DNA of 63,990 nucleotides, filler included, from Aduncisulcus paluster (Eukaryota), in the NCBI GenBank assembly GCA_024181965.1. It is 9 parts of 9 records of this genome, joined end to end, with 100 filler letters (N's around TTAATTAATTAA, not from the genome) between each part and the next. Parts side by side here need not be neighbours in the genome. Positions count along the whole stretch, not along the records: positions 1 to 10,683 come from BQXS01000042.1; 8 more parts are not named here. One strand, given 5' to 3'. The notes below the pieces were generated by a model, which did no database searches, was not told where the DNA came from, and saw only the letters and a program-made list of their open reading frames with translations. The position numbers and the translations under genes are program-made. Shown here piece by piece: positions 1 through 10,783 of the stretch; position 1 is the stretch's first letter, and every line of letters starts with the position of its first letter.

Positions 1-4
1 CGGG

Positions 5-567
5 GAAATGTCATGTTCCATGAAGCATCAGGGGATTAGATTCGTAGCAGTATACAGACATATGTATAGCATCGTATTTCGAGTTCTTGATATTTTTGAT
101 TGTAAGCAAAGGCAAGTGAAAATGAAACAGAAAGGCAAGGATAAGGATAGAAATGAAATGGAAATATATCCAAGTTATTGAATGGCATTGAAATCGTTCA
201 TAAATGTTCTTAACACGTGAAATGGAACTATATCCAGTCCTGATGGGTCTCCAAAAGCCTGAGATATCGAGAATAAACACCATGGCATGGAAATGGAAAT
301 AAAACATGTTTTTATCATTTGTCAGCATTTAACTCGTTTATATGTGTGTTTTATAAATTCCCAATCTTATCTATTGAAGAGTTGCTTGTTCAGTCTGTTG
401 GCGGCTAAGCACCGATGTCCATTTTTTCTTTGCAAACGAGCAAATTGTATGTTTACTATATGCCATATCTTTTATTAAATGTATATTAAGAAATATTTTA
501 ACAGGATTCATTCATTATTCTGCTTGTTTTTATATTTATTTAGATAAGAAATTCTATCTCTATTCAA
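5..567. repeat. Dispersed ~0.6-kb non-coding repeat, copy 1, upstream of a variable-domain family gene
   Basis: Reverse complement of ~10075-10650; also matches 14085-14822 and 40731-41118. Confidence 0.9.
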
Positions 568-1686
568 ATGAGTTCTTCCACAGATGCTGTTATTCAAACT
601 GTGGAGCCTGTGTTTGTTCATGGAGGATACACCAATTGCTGTCCAATTCCTCGAGATTCCCCCAATATTAAGAGTGTAGAATTTCCAACTATCAAAGCAA
701 TAGATGGAACCAAGGAAGAAGGTGATAAAAAGTACGATCAGAGTTCTAAAGCACAAGATATGATGAAAGGAGAGGATAATTATGGACAATTTACCCATAT
801 CTCCATCCCTTTCTCTTCATCTTCCCCAATGAAAGGTGTTTATATCTGTCTTGATGGTAGATCTTATTCTTCACCTCCATCACACCTTATCTTCACTCTC
901 ACATCTTCAAAGGGTGATAAAACATCCAAAAAATACGAATTTCCTGGATTTGAAGGTTTTCATTGGCATTTCCTTCCTGTTGATCTCCCTGATGTTGTTC
1001 TGTGTGAGATTACAGGGAAAGGAAGAGAGGAAGAGTGGTTTGAAATCGAATCCCTTGTTTTCATTAGAAAAGAAACTCCTGAAGAAATCAAATCTCGTGA
1101 AGCCAGAGAGAAACTATGGTCTGAAGCTCAAGTTGTGAAACCAGAGTTTGTTAAGGTGGGAGTTATAAAATATGGCTTTGTAGAATCTTATGATAAAAAA
1201 TCTATTCCCATTCCACGTGATGATCCACATCTTGTAGATCCTTCATTCTCAATGGTTAAGTGCAAGAATGATTCGAAGAGTAAGGAATCTGAAAAGTATG
1301 ATCAAAGTTCAGAAGCACAAAGAATGTTAAAAGGGGAAGATGGTGTTTGTTTATCCCATCTTTCCATTCCTTTCCCATCACCTAGTCCAATGAAAGGTGC
1401 TTATATCTGTGTGAGTAAGTATTCTAGTTCACCCTCTCTTCTCTTCACTTTCACTGATTGTGATGATAAGAAAACATGCAAGAAGTATGAATTCACAAGA
1501 CCTAAACATGAATTTGAATGGCACTTTCTTCCTATTGATTTGGATAATGTTGTTTTGTGTGAGATAGAAGGGAAAGGAATATGGTGTGATAAGAATAGTC
1601 GAGGTTTCTTTATCCACTCCCTTGTATTTACTATGCCCGAGGAAACCATTGCAGCTGAACGAGTATCTCTTCTTCCATGGAAATAA
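568..1686 (+). CDS. Variable-domain family protein (two ~165-aa domains, no kinase)
   Basis: 372-aa ORF with two copies of the H(I/L)SIPF..SPMKG.YIC...FT.T...K...KKYEF...WHFLP.DL..VVLCEI.GKG motif; paralogous to 9010-10074 and 10784-13949. Confidence 0.85.
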   Translation: MSSSTDAVIQTVEPVFVHGGYTNCCPIPRDSPNIKSVEFPTIKAIDGTKEEGDKKYDQSSKAQDMMKGEDNYGQFTHISIPFSSSSPMKGVYICLDGRSYSSPPSHLIFTLTSSKGDKTSKKYEFPGFEGFHWHFLPVDLPDVVLCEITGKGREEEWFEIESLVFIRKETPEEIKSREAREKLWSEAQVVKPEFVKVGVIKYGFVESYDKKSIPIPRDDPHLVDPSFSMVKCKNDSKSKESEKYDQSSEAQRMLKGEDGVCLSHLSIPFPSPSPMKGAYICVSKYSSSPSLLFTFTDCDDKKTCKKYEFTRPKHEFEWHFLPIDLDNVVLCEIEGKGIWCDKNSRGFFIHSLVFTMPEETIAAERVSLLPWK

Positions 1687-1980
1687 TTCAAGAAATGGTA
1701 TAAAATGCTAATATTCTGTGAAGAATAATAAAAAAAAAAGTACCTGTTTTTATTTCTGGGGTCTTTATTCTAGATTGTTGGACAAAATCCCTATGTCATA
1801 GGGCCTATGAGTTGGAAACGGAAGTCGAATGCAATGCATTCAATGTATTGTCACAATACATTGGGACGGTCCCGAAAAGAGATTCCTCTAATCTTCAATT
1901 AAGTTAATTGAGCCCAGAATTGCCAATTATCATAAATAAAAAGTATTAAAACACATAATTTAATATCATTTATTCGGCCA

Positions 1981-3315
1981 TTATTTAATTCTCCAGGTGG
2001 ACCATAAAACGAGAGTCCCGAGAAGCTTCTGCTCGAATTCAGTAAGGTACATTGAGTGTCCTGCCTCCCAAACTGCCGATCTTGTTCCGTTATGTTCGAA
2101 TACCGTTAAGTAAGGGACAGATTCATGGGCCATTATAATACTTTCCTCCCTTTGGAGAGGAACTCCAAAGCTCGGATGTGTTGGAGCAATCTTTGGGGGC
2201 TCACTATCAGCATTGATACCAACAAACTTCACAATGTTATGGTCAGCGAAAGCAGTGAGACCGGATATCTCAGGAATTTCAATGTAATCAACGATTTCTT
2301 CTCCTTGTTCATTTTTGGTCTTGTGTTCACGGCCCTGTTGTTTGCCAACATTCCAATACCCGCTATATCTCATTGTTGGAGTGAGAGGAACGAATGTACG
2401 GGTGAGGACGTCATGTGTGAAGATAATGGAGCCTCCTTGATCCTGATAGTGAAGAAGAGCAACGGANNNNNNNNNNNNNNNNNNNNTATGGTCAGCGAAA
2501 GCAGTGAGACCGGATATCTCAGGAATTTCAATGTAATCAACGATTTCTTCTCCTTGTTCATTTTTGGTCTTGTGTTCACGGCCCTGTTGTTTGCCAACAT
2601 TCCAATACCCGCTATATCTCATTGTTGGAGTGAGAGGAACGAATGTACGGGTGAGGACGTCATGTGTGAAGATAATGGAGCCTCCTTGATCCTGATAGTG
2701 AAGAAGAGCAACGGAGAGATTATGACGTTCATTTTCATCCATGTATTCAACGATCCAATCTCCAAAATGCTCCACAATATCAAAGATAACAACATCATAG
2801 AGATCAAGTAAATCAAAGGTTACTTTGGAGACATCTTTGTGATCAATGAGAAGAAGAGAGTTGGGGATTTGAAGTTTAGATAAGTATTGCACCAGAGAGT
2901 GATGGGATGTCTCTGCATCATCAGCAGCATCAGTTACATGAGTGAAGCACTCATCCTCCTCATCGAAGTTAGTTGTCAGAACAAGGGCTCTTATCTCAGA
3001 AACATCTCTAATAAGAGGCATTTTAGGGGATGATAGCCGAGTGAGAGATTCAACAGAACCGTTCAAATTGACATTCATATAGAAAACTTGTAAAACAGTA
3101 GATATGCATAAAACTATCAGAGCTATTGAAGAAATCAAATTAAACCATCCTCTTCCAGACATTTTCATCGGATTTCTCCTGATGGGTTCCTCAGGTGCCC
3201 GAGGTTCGGGTTTCTTATTAGAAGGCGTTTCTTTTTCATTTTCAGACACAGATTCGGATTGAATATCATCAGAAACATCTTGTTTCTTATCAATCAATTC
3301 CTCTTTTTCACTCAT
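1981..3315 (-). CDS. Type II membrane protein with putative class-I glutamine amidotransferase-like (DUF5057-like) domain; ~361 aa after removing the gap duplication
   Basis: One TM segment (WFNLISSIALIVLCISTVLQVFY); motifs YDVVIFD, YQDQGGSIIFTHD and AVWEAGHS..LTEFEQKLLGTLVLW. The 249-nt offset repeat around the N gap 2467-2486 is an artefact. Confidence 0.6.
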   Translation of the reverse strand: MSEKEELIDKKQDVSDDIQSESVSENEKETPSNKKPEPRAPEEPIRRNPMKMSGRGWFNLISSIALIVLCISTVLQVFYMNVNLNGSVESLTRLSSPKMPLIRDVSEIRALVLTTNFDEEDECFTHVTDAADDAETSHHSLVQYLSKLQIPNSLLLIDHKDVSKVTFDLLDLYDVVIFDIVEHFGDWIVEYMDENERHNLSVALLHYQDQGGSIIFTHDVLTRTFVPLTPTMRYSGYWNVGKQQGREHKTKNEQGEEIVDYIEIPEISGLTAFADHXXXXXXXSVALLHYQDQGGSIIFTHDVLTRTFVPLTPTMRYSGYWNVGKQQGREHKTKNEQGEEIVDYIEIPEISGLTAFADHNIVKFVGINADSEPPKIAPTHPSFGVPLQREESIIMAHESVPYLTVFEHNGTRSAVWEAGHSMYLTEFEQKLLGTLVLWSTWRIK

Positions 3316-3658
3316 GTTATGAATCTAAAGCAAAACAATAAAATGAGATCAGTGATCTCTGCGCGTGCAAAAATGCCGTCTGACTACTGATTGGTCTTTG
3401 CAATAATACTGATCTTTACAATCCTTTCCAACAATAAAATCCTATCTATATCACAATAAAGTTAATTTTCCATTATTACGTTTCATTTTTTTGCGTTTTC
3501 TGTCACTCTCCGAACTGGCTTCTATTTCCGCCATTTTTGAATGTTTAAAATAAATATTAAATGTTTCATTTCATTACTAATGCGTTAGCTGGGAATTTAC
3601 GACGTATTATTGCCTGATTTCTCCTTGGGAATTTGACAACACTCTTTGTATTACACGC

Positions 3659-4294
3659 ATGTCATTGAAAATTAAAACTATTGATCCAAACCGGAAAAGG
3701 GCAAGCAAACACAGAGTGAGCAAAGTTCGCCATGGTGGACCCCAGATATTCAAGGATGAGATGGAAGTAGACAAAGAAGAGCAAAAAAAGATATATACGG
3801 AATTGAAACGTCAAAATAAGATCCTAAACAATTTGTGGAGAGCTTTACTTCTATGTGTCATCGTTACTGTGGCCATTTTCTTCACAGTTGCCGCTTCTAT
3901 CAATGGATTCTACCCCGAGAATTCTAAAAAGATTCATCTGATTGGAGAACGTGATGACATCGAGATCAACGCTTTTATTGTGACAGGAGACATCTTGACG
4001 GCCCTTTCTGCCGTTATTGTTGGTGCTTTCTTATTCAGACCCAAAAAAACACCTCCAATTGTATCAAAGTACATATTTGGCACTTGTTTTATTCTTAATT
4101 CAATTTGCTCTGCCTTTTACTCCAAAATTTGTTTCTCAAATGAAATTCCTTTCCCAACCACTCTATTCATCCTTGGCCTCACTGGATTGATCCTTTCTCT
4201 CCTTGTATATGCTGCTGACCTCAGTATAAGAGGAAGCGATGATGCTTTATACCATCTAAAATCCACTATGGGTAGACGTCATAAGAAAAAGTAA
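3659..4294 (+). CDS. Four-TM membrane protein of unknown function
   Basis: 211-aa ORF; EEQKKIYTELKRQNKILNNLW helix followed by four hydrophobic segments and a basic tail. Confidence 0.75.
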   Translation: MSLKIKTIDPNRKRASKHRVSKVRHGGPQIFKDEMEVDKEEQKKIYTELKRQNKILNNLWRALLLCVIVTVAIFFTVAASINGFYPENSKKIHLIGERDDIEINAFIVTGDILTALSAVIVGAFLFRPKKTPPIVSKYIFGTCFILNSICSAFYSKICFSNEIPFPTTLFILGLTGLILSLLVYAADLSIRGSDDALYHLKSTMGRRHKKK

Positions 4295-4598
4295 GTGAAA
4301 TTTCTCATCTTTCCAATCTTTGGAGTCTGTAATTTTTTCGAATAAATTTCCGATTGTAAATCTAATATTATATTGTTTTAGAGCTCATATCATGCAATAT
4401 GTAAATGGGAATACAGCGAAAAAAAAGTTTGGGCCACTACAACCATCCTTGAAATACAAACCAATTTTTAGCATAAATTTTTAATATTATCATTTCATAT
4501 TGATATTGCCTGAATAAAAGCCAATATTTATTCGATTTGAATTTTTGCAATTATTTTTTTGCGTTTTTCCCTTGATTATAAGAATATTTTAAGAATTG

Positions 4599-7500
4599 AT
4601 GGACATTGACTTTTCGGGTAACATTGAATCAAGACTAAAAGACTTGATAACAATCTCAATTTTTAATTTTAAACAGAAGAAGGAAGAAAGTGATCATTTG
4701 ATGCAGCATGTGTGCAATTCAATCAAAAATTATGTCTTTAGCCAGAAAACTGATACAAAACCGGTTACTGATAAACAAAAATACGAAATTCTTCAACCAT
4801 TTATTGAGTTTATAAATGTAGTTTTGTCATCAAAGGATGTAATTTATCGGAAAAGAGCAGCCAAATGTGTTTCTTATCTTTTGAAACCAGTCAGTTTACC
4901 TCCATATGGACAGAGAATAACGTTCTTTTCCACCAAACTTCCCACTGATGTTATCTCGCATGAATTACGAGATTCTTTGAAAGATTTATTTTTATCTGCC
5001 ATTTCTAAAGCGTGGAGTGACAGTGCCATATCTGTTAGGTCAGAAATAACCGGAGCTCTCTGTCTTTTCATCAACCAAGGTCCCATCACGTTGCAAACCC
5101 TCTACAATGAGCCTTCAACTGATGTAAAACTTAATATAATATCTCATTATGAACCCTTTGAACATCAAAAGTTGACTCTTTTGTTCCTCTCTTCTTCTCC
5201 GACTGAAGTTGTGATCCAACTCATTCGAAAGCTCTGTGATACCAGCAAAGCTCATTTATTCCATGGATTTGATCCCGAAATATTCTCCTTGGCCCGCATT
5301 CAGACGTCTCTCTTTTGGTTGATGCAGCGTGGTGATTCTTGTCTTGGTATTGTTCTTAAATATGAAGTTGTCATGCTTGTATGTCATTTAATTGCTCATT
5401 ATGATTCATATTTCTCACGTTTTTCTGATATTTCCTGCCAACACGATGTGATTCTTGCACTTTCATTGACTCCGACACCGAATAGCTTGGATAACATGAA
5501 TCAGATATCAAGGGAGATGTGGGAAGTCCAACCTCATGGCAGAATGTATCTAAATATAGTTAAACAGTGCGTTGAAGAATGTATTGATATATCTCCGGCT
5601 AAAGTTGAGAAGGAAGTGCTGAAAAAATCTCTCCAACCGAAAAAAAAGATGACAACAGCTCTAAAAACATCTATCAGGGAAATTGTTGAAAAAATCATCG
5701 AATTTCGACCCCTTCTACTCCATTCATATTCCAAATCAATATACAAATCAATGTGCGTAATATCAAACCCCCAATATGAATCCAGATTAATGCAATATCT
5801 TACACACGGGAAAGATGAACTCTCAATCTGTGGTAATTTATGTGTTTCTGCATGTGGATGTCATGCTTCACAGTTACTACTTTCTCACCAGTCTATTTTT
5901 AGCCAAACTTCTTCTCAATTTGATTCAGAAGAAGATGAAATTATACTTCAGATTGAAATGGAACCATTAATTAATGCCTTACGAGTCATATCGAAATATT
6001 TCATTCCTTCAACAATTGAAGAAGAGAAATTGAAACTCAAGTCGTTAAAGTCAAGTATAGCTTCCATATCGCGTTATTTTATGGTTCTATTTTTAGTTTT
6101 GAGTAACATTACCACATTAATAGATCATTCGTCTGTTTCCATCGATATTTCTTGCATTAAATTGTGTATGAATGAAGTTTCAAACGTTCTTAAAGCTCAT
6201 GCATTTTTACTGTATGCTGAACGTCGCTTAAAACCTTCAAAAGCTCACGTAGATGTTGAAATTGATGAGTTGGTGTGCTCGTGGAATTGTATATATTCTC
6301 TTTGTGCCCGCATTTGTGCATGTGCAGCCTCATATGAACCTGATCAACATTTAGCTATTGTTTCATGGATTCGAACAATTGCAAACGACTATCTCCAACT
6401 TGAAATAGTGAGGCACAGTGAAGCTGAAAGATTCAGAAAAGAGGAAGTTGAAGAAGAGAAAGAGGAAGAAGAAGTTGAAGAAGAAGAGGAGGAAGAAGAG
6501 GAGGAAGAAGAAGAGGAAGAGGAGGAAAGAGGTGAAGAGGATCTAAATATAGACAATGAGAAAGAAGTAGAATACAATGATGGTGATGACCATAAATCCA
6601 AACTTCAGAGTAATGTGTATGGCTATAGTACAGCTGCTGGAAAGAGTACTATTCTCCCTCATAGCTGTATTTTTTGTTCCTTACCTTCTCTCTCTGCTCT
6701 ATTAACTGAAAATGTCGGAAGAAGAACAAAACAGAAACTTCTTGTATATTCTTCCTTTTCTGCACCGAAAGTATCTGTTTTATTNNNNNNNNNNNNNNNN
6801 NNNNGAAGAGGAGGAAAGAGGTGAAGAGGATCTAAATATAGACAATGAGAAAGAAGTAGAATACAATGATGGTGATGACCATAAATCCAAACTTCAGAGT
6901 AATGTGTATGGCTATAGTACAGCTGCTGGAAAGAGTACTATTCTCCCTCATAGCTGTATTTTTTGTTCCTTACCTTCTCTCTCTGCTCTATTAACTGAAA
7001 ATGTCGGAAGAAGAACAAAACAGAAACTTCTTGTATATTCTTCCTTTTCTGCACCGAAAGTATCTGTTTTATTGTATTTTATTGCACAGTGTATCTTAAT
7101 ATCTTCTCACCCCGCTTTACTCTTCAAACATTTATCATGTTCTCTGAAAGAAAAATGTATCTATTCGATGGCGTTGGAGTTAAGCAAGACACTTAACTCT
7201 ATCGGAAAACGACAGATTGTCAAGAATGAACACGTTCTGGGGTCTTTTCTTTCTGTAATTAATGCATGTATTGTAACAAGGATTATAAAATGGGATATTA
7301 TTTCTGTTAAGGAGTGTTCTATACAAACCACGGAAGAAACTAAGTCACCCACACAGGGTTGTCCTATGTTAAAATCAACCCCAACGATTTGTTCTGGTCA
7401 CCTTACTGGTCACCTTACTGGTCATCTTAGTGATCCAGATCATCTTAGTGGTCACAACCTTGGAAACACTCCTGAAGGAAATGGTAGTGTAGTACCAGGA

Positions 7501-8979
7501 TTTACAGGAGAAGAAAGTGGGAAAGAATCATTTGTAGCTGACTTTCTTCAAGGAAAAAGAAGACAGTTTCCTTTAACTCCATCATCAACAGCTATCACTC
7601 ATATGGAACGTAATCTTGATCAAAGAAGGAAACATTATCTCTCTCCTTCCATCTTTCCCTCAGAGTCAGTAAGGGAGACAAGAGAAGAGAGAGAAGAGAG
7701 AGAAGAGAGAGAAGAGAGAGAAGAGAGAGAAGGAAAGAAAGTCACATTTATGCTTCCGAAGGAAGAAGGTGATGAATTGAATGATTCTGAATTGAATGAA
7801 CAAGAAGAGGAAGAAGAAGAGGAAGAGGAAGAGGGAGAGGAAGAAGAAGAGGAAGAGGGAGAGGAAGAAGAAGAGGAAGAGGGAGAAGAGGGAGAGGAAG
7901 AGGAAGAGTTAAAATTGGAGGATTTGTTACCGACATCTGCCAATCTCTCTATCTCTTCTCTTCTTGTTTTCATGTCCTCTGTTTCTTCTCATCTCTCTCT
8001 TATTTCCACACTATCCATTGTATCTTCTTCTCTAACTCATATTATATCACAATTACTATCACAATATAGACATAGACATTCTTCTCTTCTTTCCATGTCT
8101 ATGTCTATGTCTACAAAATATTCAAAGATATTCTCTAGAAGAGCAAAGACTGTTATCGCGAGTGTTATGGCTCACCTTGAATCATTGCATCCTTTCCTGC
8201 AACGATTGCTTGTGAGCGAAGAAAGTTCATCAATCGATCCACTCACTTTGAGATCTCTCTTCATAACATCCCATGCCATTCTGCAGTACTCTGCAATGGC
8301 CACGATGCTTTATACAAAGAATCCAATGAAGAAAATCCATTTTCATTTGAAATATCTCCTCAATGTTGCCAGAGATATTGGCAGTGGTGTTGTATTGCTC
8401 GTTCCACGGGTGATACGACCAATTTTAGGCAGTAGCATCATAGTTTCTGAGCTTGGAGGCTGGAAAGATGAGTATGACCGACGTTGTATCGAGAAGTTGG
8501 AAATGCCTAAGAATACGTATGCTGTTCAACTTGTGTGTGAGTCAATCATTGGTGCTATCCTAGGAGAAGGTGTTCGTGAAGGAGAGATATCTGCATTTAA
8601 ACTATTCCATTCTTTGCTATGGTGTCTCTCTTCAACTAGACACATTGTGGCAGTGTGTGAGTTATCCTTATGTCATAAACTACTCATTGGAAATGGAGAT
8701 GGCCTCTCAAAGAAAAAAAAGAAGGATTTACTTGAGTTGCTTGTGCCTCCTTTCTTCAATTCTCAGGCAGGTAAGCATCCATTGGACAAGGAATATCAAT
8801 CAGAAGTTAATATCTTGTGTGAGGATCTGTCTCCCCTTGCTTCAACGATTTCTCTTCGAGCTAAGCTTGGAGAATGGATAACTTTTGTTGCTGAAGACAG
8901 TTCCAGCGATGAGCTTAATGATATTGAGTCAATATATATTGACATCTCGGCTAAACAAGGAATGCGATTTGGAGAATAA
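4599..8979 (+). CDS. Large HEAT-repeat protein with acidic tracts (~1363 aa), possibly condensin Cap-G-like
   Basis: ORFs 4596-6824 and 6712-8979 join in frame once the 289-nt duplication plus gap (6785-6804) is removed. N-terminal SKDVIYRKRAAKCVSYLL / DSAISVRSEITGAL / NEPSTDVKLNII resemble Cap-G HEAT repeats (tentative). Confidence 0.65.
7681..7908 (+). repeat. Purine-rich coding low-complexity repeats (REE repeats, poly-E/G)
   Basis: (AGAGAAGAG)n at ~7681-7731 and GAA/GAG runs to ~7908. Confidence 0.8.
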
Positions 8980-9009
8980 TATTTAATATGTTGTGAATAA
9001 ACGACACTT

Positions 9010-10074
9010 TCACATACAGCAGCAGGTAGTGTCATCACCACGAAGGAAAACAAGGGAGACGATGCAGAAACGTCGACTATTCTTCTCCTTCCAACTTCCT
9101 TTCCCTTCAATCTTACACAATACAACATTATCCAAATCAATAGGAAGGAAGTAGCATTCTTCGTCATCTTTAGGTTTTGTGAATTCATACTTCTTGGATG
9201 TCTTCTTACCATAGCAATCAGTGAAAGTGAAGAAAAGAGAGGGTGAACTATCTTCATTCACACAGATATAGGCACCTTTCATTGGATGAGGTAATGAGAA
9301 AGGAACGGAAAGATGGGATAACCATACAAAACCTTCCCCTTTTAACATTTTTTGTGCATTTGGACTCTGATCATAATACACAGATTCCTTACAAAAGGCA
9401 TCATCCTTGCACTTAACCATTGAGAATGAAGGATCTACAACTTGAAGCTTTAGTTCTTTTCGTAGAATGGGAATAGAATCAATACCTCCCACCTTAACAA
9501 ACTCTGGTTTCACAACTTGAGCTTCAGACCATAGTTTCTCTTTGACTTCACGAGACAAGGTTTCTTCAAAAGTTTCTTCTCTACCAATGAAAACAAGGTA
9601 GATGATTCCAAAATACTCTTCCTCTCTTCCTTTCCCTGTAATCTCACACAGAACAACATCAGGGAGATCAACAGGAAGGAAATACCAACGACTACCTTTA
9701 AATTCAGGAACTTTGTATTTTTTGGATGTTTTATCACCCTTTGAAGATGTGAGAGTGAAGATAAGGTGTGATGGAGGTGAAGAATCACCATCAAGAGATA
9801 TATAAACACCTTTCATTGGGGAAGATGAAGAGAAAGGAATGGATATATGGGTAAATCGTCCATAATTACCCTCTCCTTTTATCATCTTTTGTGCATTAGA
9901 ACTCTGATCGTACTTTTCATCACTTTCTTCCCAGGTTTCATCTCTCGCTTTGATAGTTGGAAATGCTGCACTCTTAATATTGGGGGCATCTCCAGGAACT
10001 GGACAGCAACCGAATTTTCCTTCAAGAACAAACTTAGGTTTCACATTTTGAACTACACTTTCAGTTGAACCCAT
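9010..10074 (-). CDS. Variable-domain family protein (two domains, no kinase) with N-myristoylation motif and C-terminal CaaX-like CCCM
   Basis: 354-aa ORF starting MGSTES and ending TTCCCM; paralog of 568-1686. Confidence 0.85.
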   Translation of the reverse strand: MGSTESVVQNVKPKFVLEGKFGCCPVPGDAPNIKSAAFPTIKARDETWEESDEKYDQSSNAQKMIKGEGNYGRFTHISIPFSSSSPMKGVYISLDGDSSPPSHLIFTLTSSKGDKTSKKYKVPEFKGSRWYFLPVDLPDVVLCEITGKGREEEYFGIIYLVFIGREETFEETLSREVKEKLWSEAQVVKPEFVKVGGIDSIPILRKELKLQVVDPSFSMVKCKDDAFCKESVYYDQSPNAQKMLKGEGFVWLSHLSVPFSLPHPMKGAYICVNEDSSPSLFFTFTDCYGKKTSKKYEFTKPKDDEECYFLPIDLDNVVLCKIEGKGSWKEKNSRRFCIVSLVFLRGDDTTCCCM

Positions 10075-10683
10075 TTGAATAGAGATATAATTTCTCAGAA
10101 ATAAGGCTTATCTAAAAAATAAAAACAAGCAGAATAATGAATGAATCCGGTTAAAATATTTCTTAATATACATTTAATAAAAGATATGGCATATAGTAAA
10201 CATACAATTTGCTCGTTTGCAAAGAAAAAATGGACATCGGTGCTTAGCCGCCAACAGACTGAACAAGCAACTCTTCAATAGATAAGATTGGAAAATTAAA
10301 AAAACACATATAGACGAGTTAAATGCTGATAAATGATAAAAACATGTTTTATTTTCATTTCCATGCCATGGTGTTTATTCTCGATATCTCAGGCTTTTGG
10401 AGACCCCTCAGGACTGGATATAGTTCCATTTCACGTGTTAAGAACATTTATGAACGATTTCAATGCTATTCAATAACATGGATATATTTCCATTTCATTT
10501 CTATCCTTATCCTTGCCTTTCTGTTTCATTTTCACTTGCTTTTGCTTACAATCAAAAATATCAAGAACTCGAAATACGATGGTATACATATGTCTGTATA
10601 CTACTACGAATCTAATCCCCTGATGCTTCATGGAACATGACATTTCATTCCACCCAACTCCAACTCCAATTCCAACTCCAACT
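10075..10683. repeat. Dispersed non-coding repeat, copy 2, ending in (TCCAAH)n
   Basis: Inverted copy of 5-567; the contig ends in CCAACTCCAACTCCAATTCCAACTCCAACT. Confidence 0.9.
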
Positions 10684-10783
10684 NNNNNNNNNNNNNNNNN
10701 NNNNNNNNNNNNNNNNNNNNNNNNNNNTTAATTAATTAANNNNNNNNNNNNNNNNNNNNNNNNNNNNNNNNNNNNNNNNNNNN
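10684..10783. other. Artificial contig linker (also at 15842-15941, 21375-21474, 41119-41218, 51373-51472, 56984-57083, 59944-60043, 62475-62574)
   Basis: Identical N44-TTAATTAATTAA-N44 six-frame-stop spacer, eight times. Confidence 0.98.

Noticed and set aside
11-328. 105-aa ORF repeated in the dispersed element (also 10323, 14249, 40744)
   Set aside because: The frame is not kept between copies (indel after LAFL) and the composition reflects AT-rich DNA; probably non-coding, though not excluded.
866-1036. Diversity-generating retroelement behind the hypervariable patches
   Set aside because: Changes are not adenine-specific, and no reverse transcriptase or template repeat is visible.
2238-2716. 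Direct repeats flanking 20-N gaps (also at 6785, 13108, 14530, 32222, 36384, 53859) suggesting domain duplications or split genes
   Set aside because: Exact overlaps either side of a fixed-size gap; removing one copy restores single in-frame genes. Scaffolding artefact.
10654-10683. (TCCAAH)n at contig ends as a telomere
   Set aside because: The C-rich strand points toward the contig end (wrong polarity), the repeat is degenerate, and it is internal at ~14805-14820.
10684-10783. TTAATTAATTAA palindrome recurring eight times
   Set aside because: Always centred in 44+44 Ns; an artificial six-frame-stop linker. Adjacency across linkers has no biological meaning.
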